From Paraspadella gotoi (lineage: Eukaryota > Animalia > Chaetognatha): a stretch of 63,986 bases of DNA. The stretch lies in assembly GCA_051294375.1 (NCBI GenBank), contig CM119267.1:3840759-3904744 (forward strand). Direction: 5' to 3'. This document shows, piece after piece, positions 24,301 through 36,442 of the stretch. Made by a program: the position numbers and the translations under genes. The notes beneath the pieces were generated by a model, which was given only the letters and a program-made list of their open reading frames with translations, had not been told where the DNA came from and did no database searches. The number at the start of each line of letters is the position of its first letter. Position 1 is the first letter of the stretch.

Positions 24301-25629
24301 GAATTATTCCTCCATATTGCAATTTGTACCAATACAATACCAAATACCTTACCAATACCAAATACCGTACCCAATATCCAAAAACTCTTCATATTTTCTC
24401 ATCCACTGATATTCCACCTCCCCGCCCCTTCCCTCCAAAAAAATTCTTTCTCTCACTCGGGATTTTCTTTTTTCTTTTCTTTCCTTCGTTTTTCTTTCAC
24501 TTCGTCGCTGGAAACGGAAAAAGACGTCGAAGTGGGGGAAGAAGTAAAAGGGGGGAAGAGAGGAAAGGAGGGAGAGAGGAAAGGGGAAGAGACAAAGGAA
24601 GGAGAGGGGCTGAAGTCGGAACGATCGTCCGGAGACATTTTTGAAAGATTGCCGAGATTTTTCTGGGGCTGAGGATTAAATGCAGGTCCGAGGAAATAGA
24701 AGAAAAAAAAACGAAGAAAAAAAATTGGAATGAAGAATCTGAGAGAAAGAAAAATCGTAGAAATTTCGAGATGTGAAGTTTAGGAAAAAGGAAGGATATC
24801 ATTTTTGTGTGTGGGATCATAATGAAATTACACGGTGTGGGAGATTCCCAATGGATCTTTAAATGGGCATAATTTTAGTTTCGCCGACCGGGGTTGGGGG
24901 GGGGTTTAAGGTTAAAGTAATTAGGTAATAATTTTTTAAAAATTTTATTTTAAATAACTATTTTTAAATAGTTTTTCAAAATACGCCGAAACTCCGTAAA
25001 TAAGTAAAATTTTACTTTTAAATGAGGAAAGAAAAATGCTTTTTTATTTTTATCAATGGATTTTTTTGTGGATTTTCACAATGAAATTTTTTATTGGGAC
25101 AAGTTTTGTTATAAAATATCGAATGCCAAATAGCATATAATTGGTAATTATTCTGTAACGAAACTTATCATAAACTATGATTTTAAAATTATCCTAATAC
25201 TTGAATATACAATGAAAATACATTTTAAAATTTTTTTAACGTTTTTATATTATTTTTGGTAACGTGCATAACAGTGCATAACAGTACATAACAGTACATA
25301 ACAGTACCGTCAAAACGAGACGTTAAAAATTCGCTACAACAATAAAAAAAAGTAATGTAATCGATAACAAATAATGGAAATGATAACAAATTCTACAACA
25401 AAAAAAGATAATGATTTGATAGTACTAAATACGACTCGGAAAAAGAAGTTTGATAAAAACATCGGAAAATCAAATAATATCACACTATAACAGTAGAAGT
25501 ATAAACATCGTTAATACGACGGTTGGCAAAAACGGAATACATTCCGTTGAGAAATAATCGCGAGTGACAATACTACATAATTTAATCAATCAATTAATCA
25601 ATAAAAAAGGGCACAAAATAGGGATTATC

Positions 25630-26331
25630 TTATGAGATAGAAGTGATAATAGATCCAGAGTCGATATCCACTTCTCCTTTCTTTTCTTCTTCACTCATCA
25701 ACGCGAACCACGGATGAGCGAGAGCCTCGTCCACGGAGATCCTTTCACTCGGATCTAATTCTAAGCACCTGAGAATTAGGTCAGAAAGGACCGGCGAGGC
25801 ACGCCCCTTGGTCACGGTCTTAAAGTCTAACGACCCGGGCGGCCCGCGAAAGTCCCCGTCTTCGCTATGACCCGCGCTGATGATTCGCTTTCCGTTCTCG
25901 CAAAGGCCGTCAGCTTCGCCGGCCCCGCAGCCGCAATCGGTGCAGCCGCACCGGCAGGAGCCGTCCCACTGCATGACGCACACCACGTCTCCGCATAGGC
26001 AGTCGGATGTGGCGTAGAGGGGCGTGCCGTCGGGGCGCACAAAGTGAGAAGCTCGCGTAGTTTGACGGAACATGTTATGCGGCAAATATCCGAACATTTC
26101 GCTGATGGCGGCGAATTGGTCTTCAATGCTGGAGCCTTGAAGTAAAGGATCTCCAGTCAATAGTTCGGCCACGATGCAGCCGTACGACCACATGTCGTAC
26201 GGCTTGCCGCAGAAAGAGCCGAGGAACATTTCGGGTGCGCGGTAGAATTGCGTCCCGAAGAAAGTCGAAGGTACTATGCAGGCTGGGAGGGAGAGGCCGA
26301 GATCAATGACTTTGATGCCAAGGTTATCCGT
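25630..26331 (-). CDS. Class-2 DYRK-like kinase, terminal exon 4 (subdomains VII-XI)
   Basis: Acceptor cttttccAG, phase 0, 702 nt to TAA. Contains IKVIDLG, FYRAPE, DMWSYGCIVAELLTGDPL, RGPPGS and RCLELDPSERISVDEALAHPW. Total CDS 1599 nt = 532 aa plus stop. Confidence 0.93.
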   Translation of the reverse strand, partial: TDNLGIKVIDLGLSLPACIVPSTFFGTQFYRAPEMFLGSFCGKPYDMWSYGCIVAELLTGDPLLQGSSIEDQFAAISEMFGYLPHNMFRQTTRASHFVRPDGTPLYATSDCLCGDVVCVMQWDGSCRCGCTDCGCGAGEADGLCENGKRIISAGHSEDGDFRGPPGSLDFKTVTKGRASPVLSDLILRCLELDPSERISVDEALAHPWFALMSEEEKKGEVDIDSGSIITSIS

Positions 26332-26660
26332 CTGGAAAAGATGAGGGGAGAGATGAGGGAATATTAGTTGGGTTTGTGTGTGTGTGTGAGAGAGAGAGAG
26401 AAATACTAGAAGATTAAGAATTAGAATCAAAAAATTATAAAAGTGTACAGTAAGTTTAAGAGAAAAATTATAATTGTACATAAATCATAAAAAAAATTTT
26501 TACTTAAAATCATCGGAATGAACGTAAACTTGTAAAGTTTCAATTTTATCACAATTATCTTATATATTATCTATTATATTATATTAAAAAAAGAAAATTA
26601 TTCTTATTTAAAAAAAAAAACGACTTCAAATTCATGAACTAATTTGACAAAATATTTGGC

Positions 26661-29491
26661 TTTTTTAGTCGGATCTGCTTATCAGCAGATCCCGACTATN
26701 NNNNNNNNNNNNNNNNNNNNNNNNAATTCACTTTTGTCGGTCCGCGGTCCGCCCCCTCAATATTGTCGGGCACACACTTATATCATGTCAGAACATCGAA
26801 TTATGATAAATTATGCAAAAAAAACAATGTCCGTCCGTCTGTCCGTCTGCTGTCCCACCTTAGCAAAAAACTCCAATTACTCGTGATTGCATGGATGGAT
26901 CGGTATGAAATTTGTGTGTGTGGGTAGGAAACTGTGTGATTGAGATGGATATGAAGTTTCGAGGGAATCGTGCGAGTGGAAATTGGTTTAAATGGGAAAA
27001 AAAATATATATTTCACTATTTGAACGCCAATTGCCTCATGAGTGGATAGGGCAATTGACTTGAAATTTTGTATGATGGTAGGAAAGTGTGTGATTGAGAT
27101 GGATATAAAGTTTCGATGGAATCGTGCAGTGGAAATGAGTTAAAATGGAAAAAACAAAAGTCATATTTACTTGAAGTATTTTTACTTAAATTTACTCATA
27201 ATTATTATGTTTATTAAAAATTGGATAGATAAATCGAAATTGAATTTTGTGTGTGGGTAGGAAAGTATGTGATAAAGCTGGATATAATTTTTTAGATGGA
27301 ATCGTAGGAGTGGAAATGAGTTCAAATTTAGAAAACCAAAAGACACATTTATTTGAATTTTTTTAAAGTTTCTCTCTCTCTATCTCTCTCTGATTGATGA
27401 TTGATTGATTTGATTCATTGATTGATTGTCCAAATTTGCCAATTGACAAAAATATGCCAGTTGACCAAATTCTTAAAGTTGACCAAATTATGCCAGTTGA
27501 CCAAATATGCCTGTTGACCAAATTATGCCAGTTGACCAAATTATGCCAGTGACCAACAGTTGACCAATTATGCCAGTTGAACCAAATTATGCCAGTTGAC
27601 CAAATTATGCCAGTTGACCAAATTATGCCAGTTGACCAAAATTATGCCAGTTGACCAAATTATGCAGTTGACAAATTATGCCAGTTGACAATTATGCCAG
27701 TTGAACCAAATTATGCCAGTTGACCAAATATGCCAGTTGACCAAATTATGCCAGTTGACCAAATTATGCCAGTTGACCAAATTAGCCAGTTGACCAAATT
27801 AGCCAGTTGACCAAATTAGCCAGTTGACCAAATTATGCAGTTACCAAATTAGCCAGTTGACCAAATTAGCCAGTACATTATCTAAATTGATCAAATTATG
27901 TCAGTAGACCAAATTATGTCAGTAGACCAAATTATGTCAGTAGACCAAATTATGTCAGTAGGACCAAATTATGTCAGTAGACCAAATTATGTCAGTAAAA
28001 ATTATGTCAGTAGACCAAATTATGTCAGTTGACAAAATTATGTCAGTGACAAAATTATGTCAGTTGACAAAATTATGTCAGTGACAAAATTATGTCAGTT
28101 GACAAAATTATGTCAGTTGACAAAAATTATGTCAGTGACAAAATTATGTCAGTTGATTAAATTATGCAAGTTGATTAAATTATGCAAGTTGACCAAGTTA
28201 GCTTAATTATTATTGACCTGGAATTTTGTATGTGAGTAGAAAAGTGTGTGATTGAACAGGAAACCAAGTTTCGATGGAATCTTTTGAGTGGAAATGAGTT
28301 TAAATGGAAAAAAACAAAAAACCTGTTTCACTAATTAATTATGCTTTTTTTTATTTTTATATTAAATGTAAATGCAGGATGTATTAATAAATCAAATAAT
28401 TAATCAGTTAATTAATCAATTAGTCAATTAATTAATCAATAATTAATTAATAAGTCAATGAATCCGTCCATCCGTCCCACCTTAGCAAAAGCTCCAATAA
28501 CTCGTGATTGGCTGGTTGGTTGGAATGGAATTTTGTGTGTGGGTAGGAAAGTGTGTGATAAAGCTGGATATAAAGTTTCGACGGAATCGTGTGAATGGAA
28601 ATGAGTTTAAGTGGAAAAAAACATAAGTCGCATTTACTAAAATATTTTTACTTATTTTAACTAATAAGTATTTTAATTAATCATAATTGGATGGATAAAT
28701 TGAGTTCAAATTTTTTGTGTGGGTAGAAAAATGTGTAACGATGCTTGATATAAAGTTTCGTTGGAAACGTACGAGTGAAATGAGTTTAAATGAAAAAAAT
28801 ATGAGTCACATTTACTTGAATCTTTTTACTTATTTTAACCCATAATAGATTGAGATGAAATTTTGTTAGCGGGTAGAGAGAGAGAGGCAGAAAAATGAGC
28901 ATAAGGATCGTCGCAATTGCAAGAGAGAGAGAGAGGAGCAGAAAAATGAGCATAAGGATCGTTGCAATTGCAAGAGAGAGAGAGAGAGAAAAAAGAGAGC
29001 TCGAGATTAAAATTAGCAAATAAAAAAGTGTTATTTTACTCACTGAATAAAAATACTTAAAATACTTACAAAATACATAAAATTGATAAAAATATTATTC
29101 GATAACATTGTTTAATCACATGTAATATATCTAGTAAGGCGGGCCAAAATTGAACATTTTTTATAACTTCTAGTTCTCTTTAAAAATTTTTTTTTTCCTT
29201 TTATTACTAAATCGATTTTCAATGTAACTTTTTGAATAGTTCATTGGGTTGTTGCACTGAAGCTTTTAAATATTTATTAATATATAATAATTATATAAAG
29301 TTTTGACGGAATTGTGCCAGTGGAAATGAGTTTAGATGGAAAAAACATAAGTCACATTTACTTGAATCTTTAATATTAATGATTACTAATAAATGTTTTA
29401 TTAATTAATTAATTAATTAATTAATTAGAAAAAATGATGCAAGTTAAAAGAATCTTAAAGCATAAAGATCGTCGCAATTGCATAAAAGGAG

Positions 29492-29537
<46 letters not shown>

Positions 29538-29749
29538 ACATAAAATAAAATAGAGGATATTGTTTGTTTTGATAAAATGTAAACAAAACATATTTAATAA
29601 CTGTCCTAACCCAATTTTAAGGACATCGATGATGTTAAGTTGTATATAAATTTAAAATTAATTATTACATATTAAAATTAATTAATTAATCGATTAATTA
29701 ATTATTTATTTATCGTAGGCAGATCCGACATCGTTTGCTCAAACTTGTT
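26661..29749 (-). mobile_element. Expanded or composite family H2 copy in kinase intron 3
   Basis: Same hairpin end at 26661 and AAACTTGTT end at 29749. Contains many ~170-190-bp central repeats (GGAAATGAGTTTAAATGGAAAAAA...GTGTGGGTAGGAAAGTGTGTGAT) and an 18-bp minisatellite. Its distal part recurs at 32269-33859. Confidence 0.7.
27430..28197. repeat. 18-bp minisatellite (GTTGACCAAATTATGCCA)n, roughly 40 units
   Basis: Tandem array seen directly; variant blocks GTAGACCAAATTATGTCA, GTTGACAAAATTATGTCA and GTTGATTAAATTATGCAA follow in order. Confidence 0.95.
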
Positions 29750-30125
29750 TCCTTTTTTTCTTTTTTAGCTTTAATTCAAAATCAAATTTATTGTAAATTT
29801 TATTAGATTTTTGGTTAAGGATTATTAGTGTTAAGAGATAAAGTTAGGTTAGGGGTTTTATTAAGCATTTAGAGTTAAATAATCTTAAATATTGAAATTA
29901 AAATAATATTAAATTAATATTAAAATTTAAACCAAATTTACCAATTACGAAAACAAAATCGGGCGCTATCGGAAAAATAGTGCCAATTATTTTACTCGAA
30001 ACAAACTTTTTGAAAAATTATTTTTAAATGATTTATGATTTATGTTTTGAATGAAGGAAATAATAAATAAATAAGTTAATAAATAAATAAATAAATAAAT
30101 GCACCAAAATATCCCATTTTCTCAC

Positions 30126-31517
30126 CTTCATCATTAAATTGTCGGGCTTCAGATCACAATGCACGATGTCTTTGTCGTGAAGTTGCTTAATTCCCTTAAG
30201 GATCGCGAAGGCCATCCTTCGGACGACATCCTCCGGGAATCCCTCGTACCCTCGTTCCTCGAGACGTCCTCGAGGCTGCTGCCGAGAAGTTCGAAGACGA
30301 GGATCGTGTGACCCCGGAAGTCATGGTGGAATTCCTTGAGGATACCAAGTTGGAGAGGCCCTCGGAGCGGCCTTTTCGAGGCTCCTCAAGAGATTCACCT
30401 CGCGACGAGCCTCTTTTAAGAGCGACCCTGTACTGGCGAAGGATTTTGAGAGCGACCGTTTGGGAAGTCTTGTGGTCGATGGCCTTTACCACTTGGCCGA
30501 AGCTTTCCTTCGCCTGGAGAGAGGAAGTGGGGGGTTAAAAAGCAAACGATCTTTAATAAAACGAGGCGATATTTAATTAAGTCGAAAGTTTTCCAAAAAA
30601 ATAAGTATTTAAATGTATCAAAAAAAAAAAAAAAAATCGGACCGAAACTTACCTAAAACTTGGAGAATTTCGTATCGAAATAGGACGTGGTCACCGGAAG
30701 GAAGTTATAAATTCCCTTTTCGTCATTGAACACGAGTTGATCGTCGACGACAAAATGTTCGTTTTTCCTGTTAAATAAAGAGAATTAAAGTTAATTATGA
30801 ACTATAATAATAATAATTTATAAACTAAAAAATATCTCAAACGAGTTAGCAAATGTTTTATTGTTAAAACGCGATTCCAATAGCCCAATCGAAAAGCGAA
30901 CAAAATTTTTAACTTTTAAAAAAATAATAAAATTTACTCTCGAATATCGCGGATTTTCATTGTTTAATATCGATCAAAGTTAAATTCTTTTTTTTTTCAC
31001 TTTCGATCTTAATATTCAATTTTCTCAACGCATAATAATTTTTTAAACTAATGATGACATAAAGAATTAAGTTTTTAAATATGTTAACATTTACATGTTC
31101 TTACTGTTTACATTTACAAGTATACAATCGCCACTTACCTTTGAGCGTCGACGCCGCCGAAGTAAATTTCGCTAAAGTTCTTCGCTTCCTCCTCCTCCCA
31201 TTGAGTCAAGTTTTCAAAGAAGGGTGTGGAGTAGGACTCGGGCGGGAGGAGTAGGAGGGCGAACGGGAGCCGGAACCGGCGCCGGCGTTGGCGCACGGTA
31301 TCGGGACGCCGACATTTTCGCCAAGAGGTTTGAACGCCGTCACGAATTCCTCATTGCGCTGATCGCTGACGGAGGAGTAGGAGGAAGTTCTGGGGGCGGG
31401 AGGCGTGGAAGGAAAGTAGAGAGGGGGAGACTCGAAGGTCGAGTAGTAGGAGGAGAAGGATTGGCGTAGGGAATGAGGTTAGGAGCGTAGCGATGCTTTC
31501 TCGCGAACGGGAGCCAT
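30126..31517 (-). pseudogene. Second, frameshifted copy of kinase exons 1-3 (31517-31139, 30767-30653, 30513-30126)
   Basis: Near-identical to 34238-35639 with the same splice sites but several small indels (e.g. caccggaagg vs caccgggaagg; gagacgtcc vs gagacggtcc). Either a duplicate pseudo-copy or noisy assembly. Confidence 0.6.
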
Positions 31518-33596
31518 GGCGTTAATACGGAGAGAAAAGATAGAGAGCGAGACGGAGTTTAGTTTATGTGGTAAATATGGATTACGGAGTTTCGTAATTT
31601 GGGAATTTGAGAGTTTTGATAATCGGAAAATTAAGATTTAAATATTCCGAAAATAAGATTGAAAAAAAAACCCGTATGGAGATTTTCACAATGCGATTAG
31701 ACGTTTGGTCAAAAATGAGATAAAATTCGTTTCGATTCGAGAAAATTGGTTTTCGTCCAAGAAAATTTGGGGAAATGTGAGAGACGGAGACAATGTCGTG
31801 GGTTTTAAATGGGAAGAAGAGGAAGAGGGAATAGAGAGAGAGAGAGATCGAGGGATCGAAGAGGAGAAGAGGAAGAGGGAGAGACAGGAGAGAGAGAGAG
31901 AGATCGAGGGTTCGAAGGAGGAGGAAGAGGGAGAGACAGAGAGGGAGAGAGAGAGAGAGATCGAGGGTTCGAAGGAGGAGGAAGAGGAAGAGAGAGAGAT
32001 AGGGAGAGAGAGATGCCACGGATCGAGAGTCTTTGTCTTCGTCTTCACTTTCGTCTCTTCGTCTCTCTTCTTTTCTCGACACCATAAAATTCCTTCCTCT
32101 TCCTTGTCGTTGTTGTCGTCGTCTTCGTCATGGTGTATCTATTAATTAATGTAAAGTATAATTTTCATCAATTTTTTTTTTAATTTCAATTTTAAATTAT
32201 TAATTAAAACTTTTATCCGATATATTTCCTCTGTATCTTTTTCTTCTTTTTCGTTGCCTTCGAATTCACAAGTTGATTAAATTATGCAAGTTGACCAAGT
32301 TAGCTTAATTATTATTGACCTGGAATTTTGTATGTGAGTAGAAAAGTGTGTGATTGAACAGGAAACCAAGTTTCGATGGAATCTTTTGAGTGGAAATGAG
32401 TTTAAATGGAAAAAAACAAAAAACCTGTTTCACTAATTAATTATGCTTTTTTTTATTTTTATATTAAATGTAAATGCAGGATGTATTAATAAATCAAATA
32501 ATTAATCAGTTAATTAATCAATTAGTCAATTAATTAATCAATAATTAATTAATAAGTCAATGAATCCGTCCATCCGTCCCACCTTAGCAAAAAGCTCCAA
32601 TAACTCGTGATTGGCTGGTTGGATTGGAATGGAATTTTGTGTGTGGGTAGGAAAGTGTGTGATAAAGCTGGATATAAAGTTTCGACGGAATCGTGTGAAT
32701 GGAAATGAGTTTAAGTGGAAAAAACATAAGTCGCATTTACTAAAATATTTTTACTTATTTTAACTAATAAGTATTTTAATTAATCATAATTGGATGGATA
32801 AATTGAGTTCAAATTTTTTGTGTGGGTAGAAAAATGTGTAACGATGCTTGATATAAAGTTTCGTTGGAACGTACGAGTGGAAATGAGTTAAATGAAAAAA
32901 AATATGAGTCACATTTACTTGAATCTTTTTACTTATTTTAACCCATAATAGATTGAGATGAAATATTTGTTAGCGGGTAGAGAGAGAGAGAGCGAGAAAA
33001 ATGAGCATAAGGATCGTCGCAATTGCAAAGAGAGAGAGAGAGGAGCAGAAAAATGAGCATAAGGATCGTTGCAATGCAGAGAGAGAGAGAGAGAGAAAAA
33101 AGAGAGCAATCGAGATTAAAATTAGCAAATAAAAAAGTTGTTATTTTACTCACTGAATAAAAATACTTAAAATACTTACAAAATACATAAAATTGATAAA
33201 AATATTATTCCGATAACATTGTTTAATCACATGTAATATATCTAGTAAGGCGGGCCAAAATTGAACATTTTTTATAACTTCTAGTTCTCTTTAAAATTTT
33301 TTTTTTCCTTTTATTACTAAATCGATTTTCAATGTAACTTTTTGAATAGTTCATTGGGTTGTTGCACTGAAGCTTTTAAATATTTATAATATATAATAAT
33401 TATATAAAGTTTTGACGGAATTGTGCCAGTGGAAATGAGTTTAGATGGAAAAAACATAAGTCACATTTACTTGAATCTTTAATATTAATGAATTACTAAT
33501 AAATGTTTTATTAATTAATTAATTAATTAATTAATTAGAAAAAATGATGCAAGTTAAAAGAATCTTAAAGCATAAAGATCGTCGCAATTGCATAAA

Positions 33597-33652
<56 letters not shown>

Positions 33653-34237
33653 AAATAAAATAGAGGATATTGTTTGTTTTGATAAAATGTAAACAAAACA
33701 TATTTAATAACTGTCCTAACCCAATTTTAAGGACATCGATGATGTTAAGTTGTATATAAATTTAAAATTAATTATTACATATTAAAATTAATTAATTAAT
33801 CGATTAATTAATTATTTATTTATCGTAGGCAGATCCGACATCGTTTGCTCAAACTTGTTTCCTTTTTTTTCTTTTTTAGCTTTAATTCAAAATCAAATTT
33901 ATTGTAAATTTTTATTAGATTTTTGGTTAAGGATTATTAGTGTTAAGAGATAAAGTTAGGTTTAGGGGTTTTATTAAGCATTTAGAGTTAAATAATCTTA
34001 AAATATTGAAATTAAAATAATATTAAATTAATATTAAAATTTAAACCAAATTTACCAATTACGAAAACAAAATCGGGCGCTATCGGAAAATAGTGCCAAT
34101 TATTTTACTCGAAACAAACTTTTGAAAAATTATTTTTAAATGATTTATGATTTATGTTTTGAATGAAGGAAATAATAAATAAATAAGTTAATAAATAAAT
34201 AAATAAATAAATGCACCAAAATATCCCATTTTCTCAC

Positions 34238-34626
34238 CTTCATCATTAAATTGTCGGGCTTCAGATCACAATGCACGATGTCTTTGTCGTGAAGTTGCTT
34301 AATTCCCTTAAGGATCGCGAAGGCCATCCTTCGGACGACATCCTCCGGGAATCCCTCGTACCCTCGTTCCTCGAGACGGTCCTCGAGGCTGCTGCCGAGA
34401 AGTTCGAAGACGAGGATCGTGTGACCCCGGAAGTCATGGTGGAATTCCTTGAGGATTACCAAGTTGGAGAGGCCCTCGGGAGCGGCCTTTTCGAGGCTCC
34501 TCAAGAGATTCACCTCGCGACGAGCCTCTTTAAGAGCGACCCTGTACTGGCGAAGGATTTTGAGAGCGACCGTTTGGGAAGTCTTGTGGTCGATGGCCTT
34601 TACCACTTGGCCGAAGCTTCCTTCGC
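34238..34626 (-). CDS. Class-2 DYRK-like kinase, exon 3 (subdomains I-VIb)
   Basis: Acceptor ctctccAG, donor AAG|GTGAGA, 389 nt. Contains GEGSFGQVVKAIDHK, VALKIL, alphaC Glu (ARREVNLL), LVFELLG and catalytic HCDLKPDN. Confidence 0.93.
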
Positions 34627-34764
34627 CTGGAGAGAGGAAGTGGGGGGTTAAAAAGCAAACGATCTTTAATAAAACGAGGCGATATTTAATTAAGTCGAAA
34701 GTTTTCCAAAAAAATAAGTATTTAAATGTATCAAAAAAAAAAAAAAAATCGGACCGAAACTTAC

Positions 34765-34880
34765 CTAAAACTTGGAGAATTTCGTATCGAAATAGGACGT
34801 GGTCACCGGGAAGGAAGTTATAAATTCCCTTTTCGTCATTGAACACGAGTTGATCGTCGACGACAAAATGTTCGTTTTTC
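34765..34880 (-). CDS. Class-2 DYRK-like kinase, exon 2 (DH box and start of kinase domain)
   Basis: Acceptor tttaacAG, donor G|GTAAGT, 116 nt, phases match both neighbours. Reads KNEHFVVDDQLVFNDEKGIYNFLPGDHVLFRYEILQVLG, resembling the DYRK homology box (YDDxxGxY...DHxxYRYE). Confidence 0.88.
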
Positions 34881-35247
34881 CTGTTAAATAAAGAGAATTT
34901 AAAGTTAATTATGAACTATAATAATAATAATTTATAAACTAAAAATATCTCAAACGAGTTAGCAAATGTTTCATTGTTAAAACGCGATTCCAATAGCCCA
35001 ATCGAAAAGCGAACTCTACAAAATTTTTAACTTTTAAAAAAATAATAAAATTTACTCTCGAATATCGCGGATTTTCATTGTTTAATATCGATCAAAGTTA
35101 AATTCTTTTTTTTTTTCACTTTCGATCTTAATATTCAATTTTCTCAACGCATAATAATTTTTAAACTAATGATGACATAAAGAATTAAGTTTTTAAATAT
35201 GTTAACATTTACATGTTTACATTTACAAGTATACAATCGCCACTTAC

Positions 35248-35639
35248 CTTTGAGCGTCGACGCCGCCGAAGTAAATTTCGCTAAAGTTCTTCGCTTCCTC
35301 CTCCTCCCATTGAGTCAAGTTTTTCAAAGAAGGGTGTGGAGTAGGACTCGGGGCGGGAGGAGTAGGAGGGCGAACGGGAGCCGGAACCGGCGCCGGAACC
35401 GGCGCCGGCGCCGTCGACGGTATCGGGACGCCGACATTTTCGCCAAGAGGTTTGAACGCCGTCACGAATTCCTCATTGCGCTGATCGCTGACGAGAGGAG
35501 TAGGAGGAAGTTCTGGGGGCGGGAGGCGTGGAAGGAAAGTAGAGAGGGGGAGACTCGAAGGTCGAGTAGTAGGAGGAGAAGGATTGGCGTAGGGAATGAG
35601 GTTAGGAGCGTAGCGATGCTTCTCGCGAACGGGAGCCAT
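35248..35639 (-). CDS. Class-2 DYRK-like kinase, coding exon 1 (Pro-rich N-terminus plus NAPA-like region)
   Basis: ATG at 35639. Reads MAPVREKHRY...PAPVPAPV...NLTQWEEEEAKNFSEIYFGGVDAQR, resembling the DYRK2 NAPA segment (LTAFEHHEIFSYPEIYFLG, recalled). Ends at donor AG|GTAAGT, phase 2 (392 nt). Confidence 0.8.
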
Positions 35640-35929
35640 GGCGTTAATACGGAGAGAAAAGATAGAGAGCGAGACGGAGTTTAGTTTATGTGGTAAATAT
35701 GGATTACGGAGTTTCGTAAATTGGGAATTTGAGAGTTTTATAATCGGAAATTAAGATTTAAATATTCCGAAAATAAGATTGAAAAAAAACCCGTATGGAG
35801 ATTTTCACAATGCGATTAGACGTTTGGTCAAAATGAGATAAAATTCGTTTCGATTCGAGAAAATTGGTTTTCGTCCAAGAAAATTTGGGGAAATGTGAGA
35901 GACGGAGACAATGTCGTGGGTTTTAAATG

Positions 35930-36160
35930 GGGAAGAAGAGGGAAGAGGGAGATAGAGAGAGAGAGAGATCGAGGGATCGAAGGAGGAGGAAGAGGGAAGA
36001 GGGAGAGACAGGGAGAGAGAGAGAGAGATCGAGGGTTCGAAGGAGGAGGAAGAGGGAGAGACAGAGAGGGAGAGAGAGAGAGAGATCGAGGGTTCGAAGG
36101 AGGAGGAAGAGGGAAGAGAGAGAGATAGGGAGAGAGAGATGCCACGGAATCGAGAGTCTT
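35930..36160. repeat. ~57-bp purine-rich repeat x3-4 upstream of the kinase ATG
   Basis: GAGAGAGAGATCGAGGGTTCGAAGGAGGAGGAAGAGGGA recurs; duplicate at 31810-32025. Confidence 0.8.
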
Positions 36161-36406
36161 TGTCTTCGTCTTCACTTTCGTCTCTTCGTCTCTCTTCTTT
36201 TCTCGACACCATAAATTCTCTTCCTCTTCCTTGTCGTTGTTGTCGTCGTCTTCGTCATGGTGTATCTATTTAATTTAATGTAAATATAATTTTCATCAAT
36301 TTTTTTTTTAATTTCAATTTAAATTATTAATTAAAACTTTTATCCGAATATATTTTCCTCTGTATCTTTTTCTTCTTTTTCGTTGCCTTCGAATTCACTT
36401 ACTCAC

Positions 36407-36442
<36 letters not shown>

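Larger units (their letters stand above)
28167..36398. repeat. ~4.1-kb direct tandem duplication (28167-32268 / 32269-36398) containing kinase exons 1-3
   Basis: Both units start CAAGTTGATTAAATTATGCAAGTTGACC and end GTTGCCTTCGAATTCAC; differences are mainly small indels. Confidence 0.92.

Noticed and set aside
34627-34764. Apparent 46-aa insertion in the kinase Gly-rich loop (ORF 34145-34846)
   Set aside because: It is a 138-nt stop-free GT-AG intron; removing it restores LGEGSFG.
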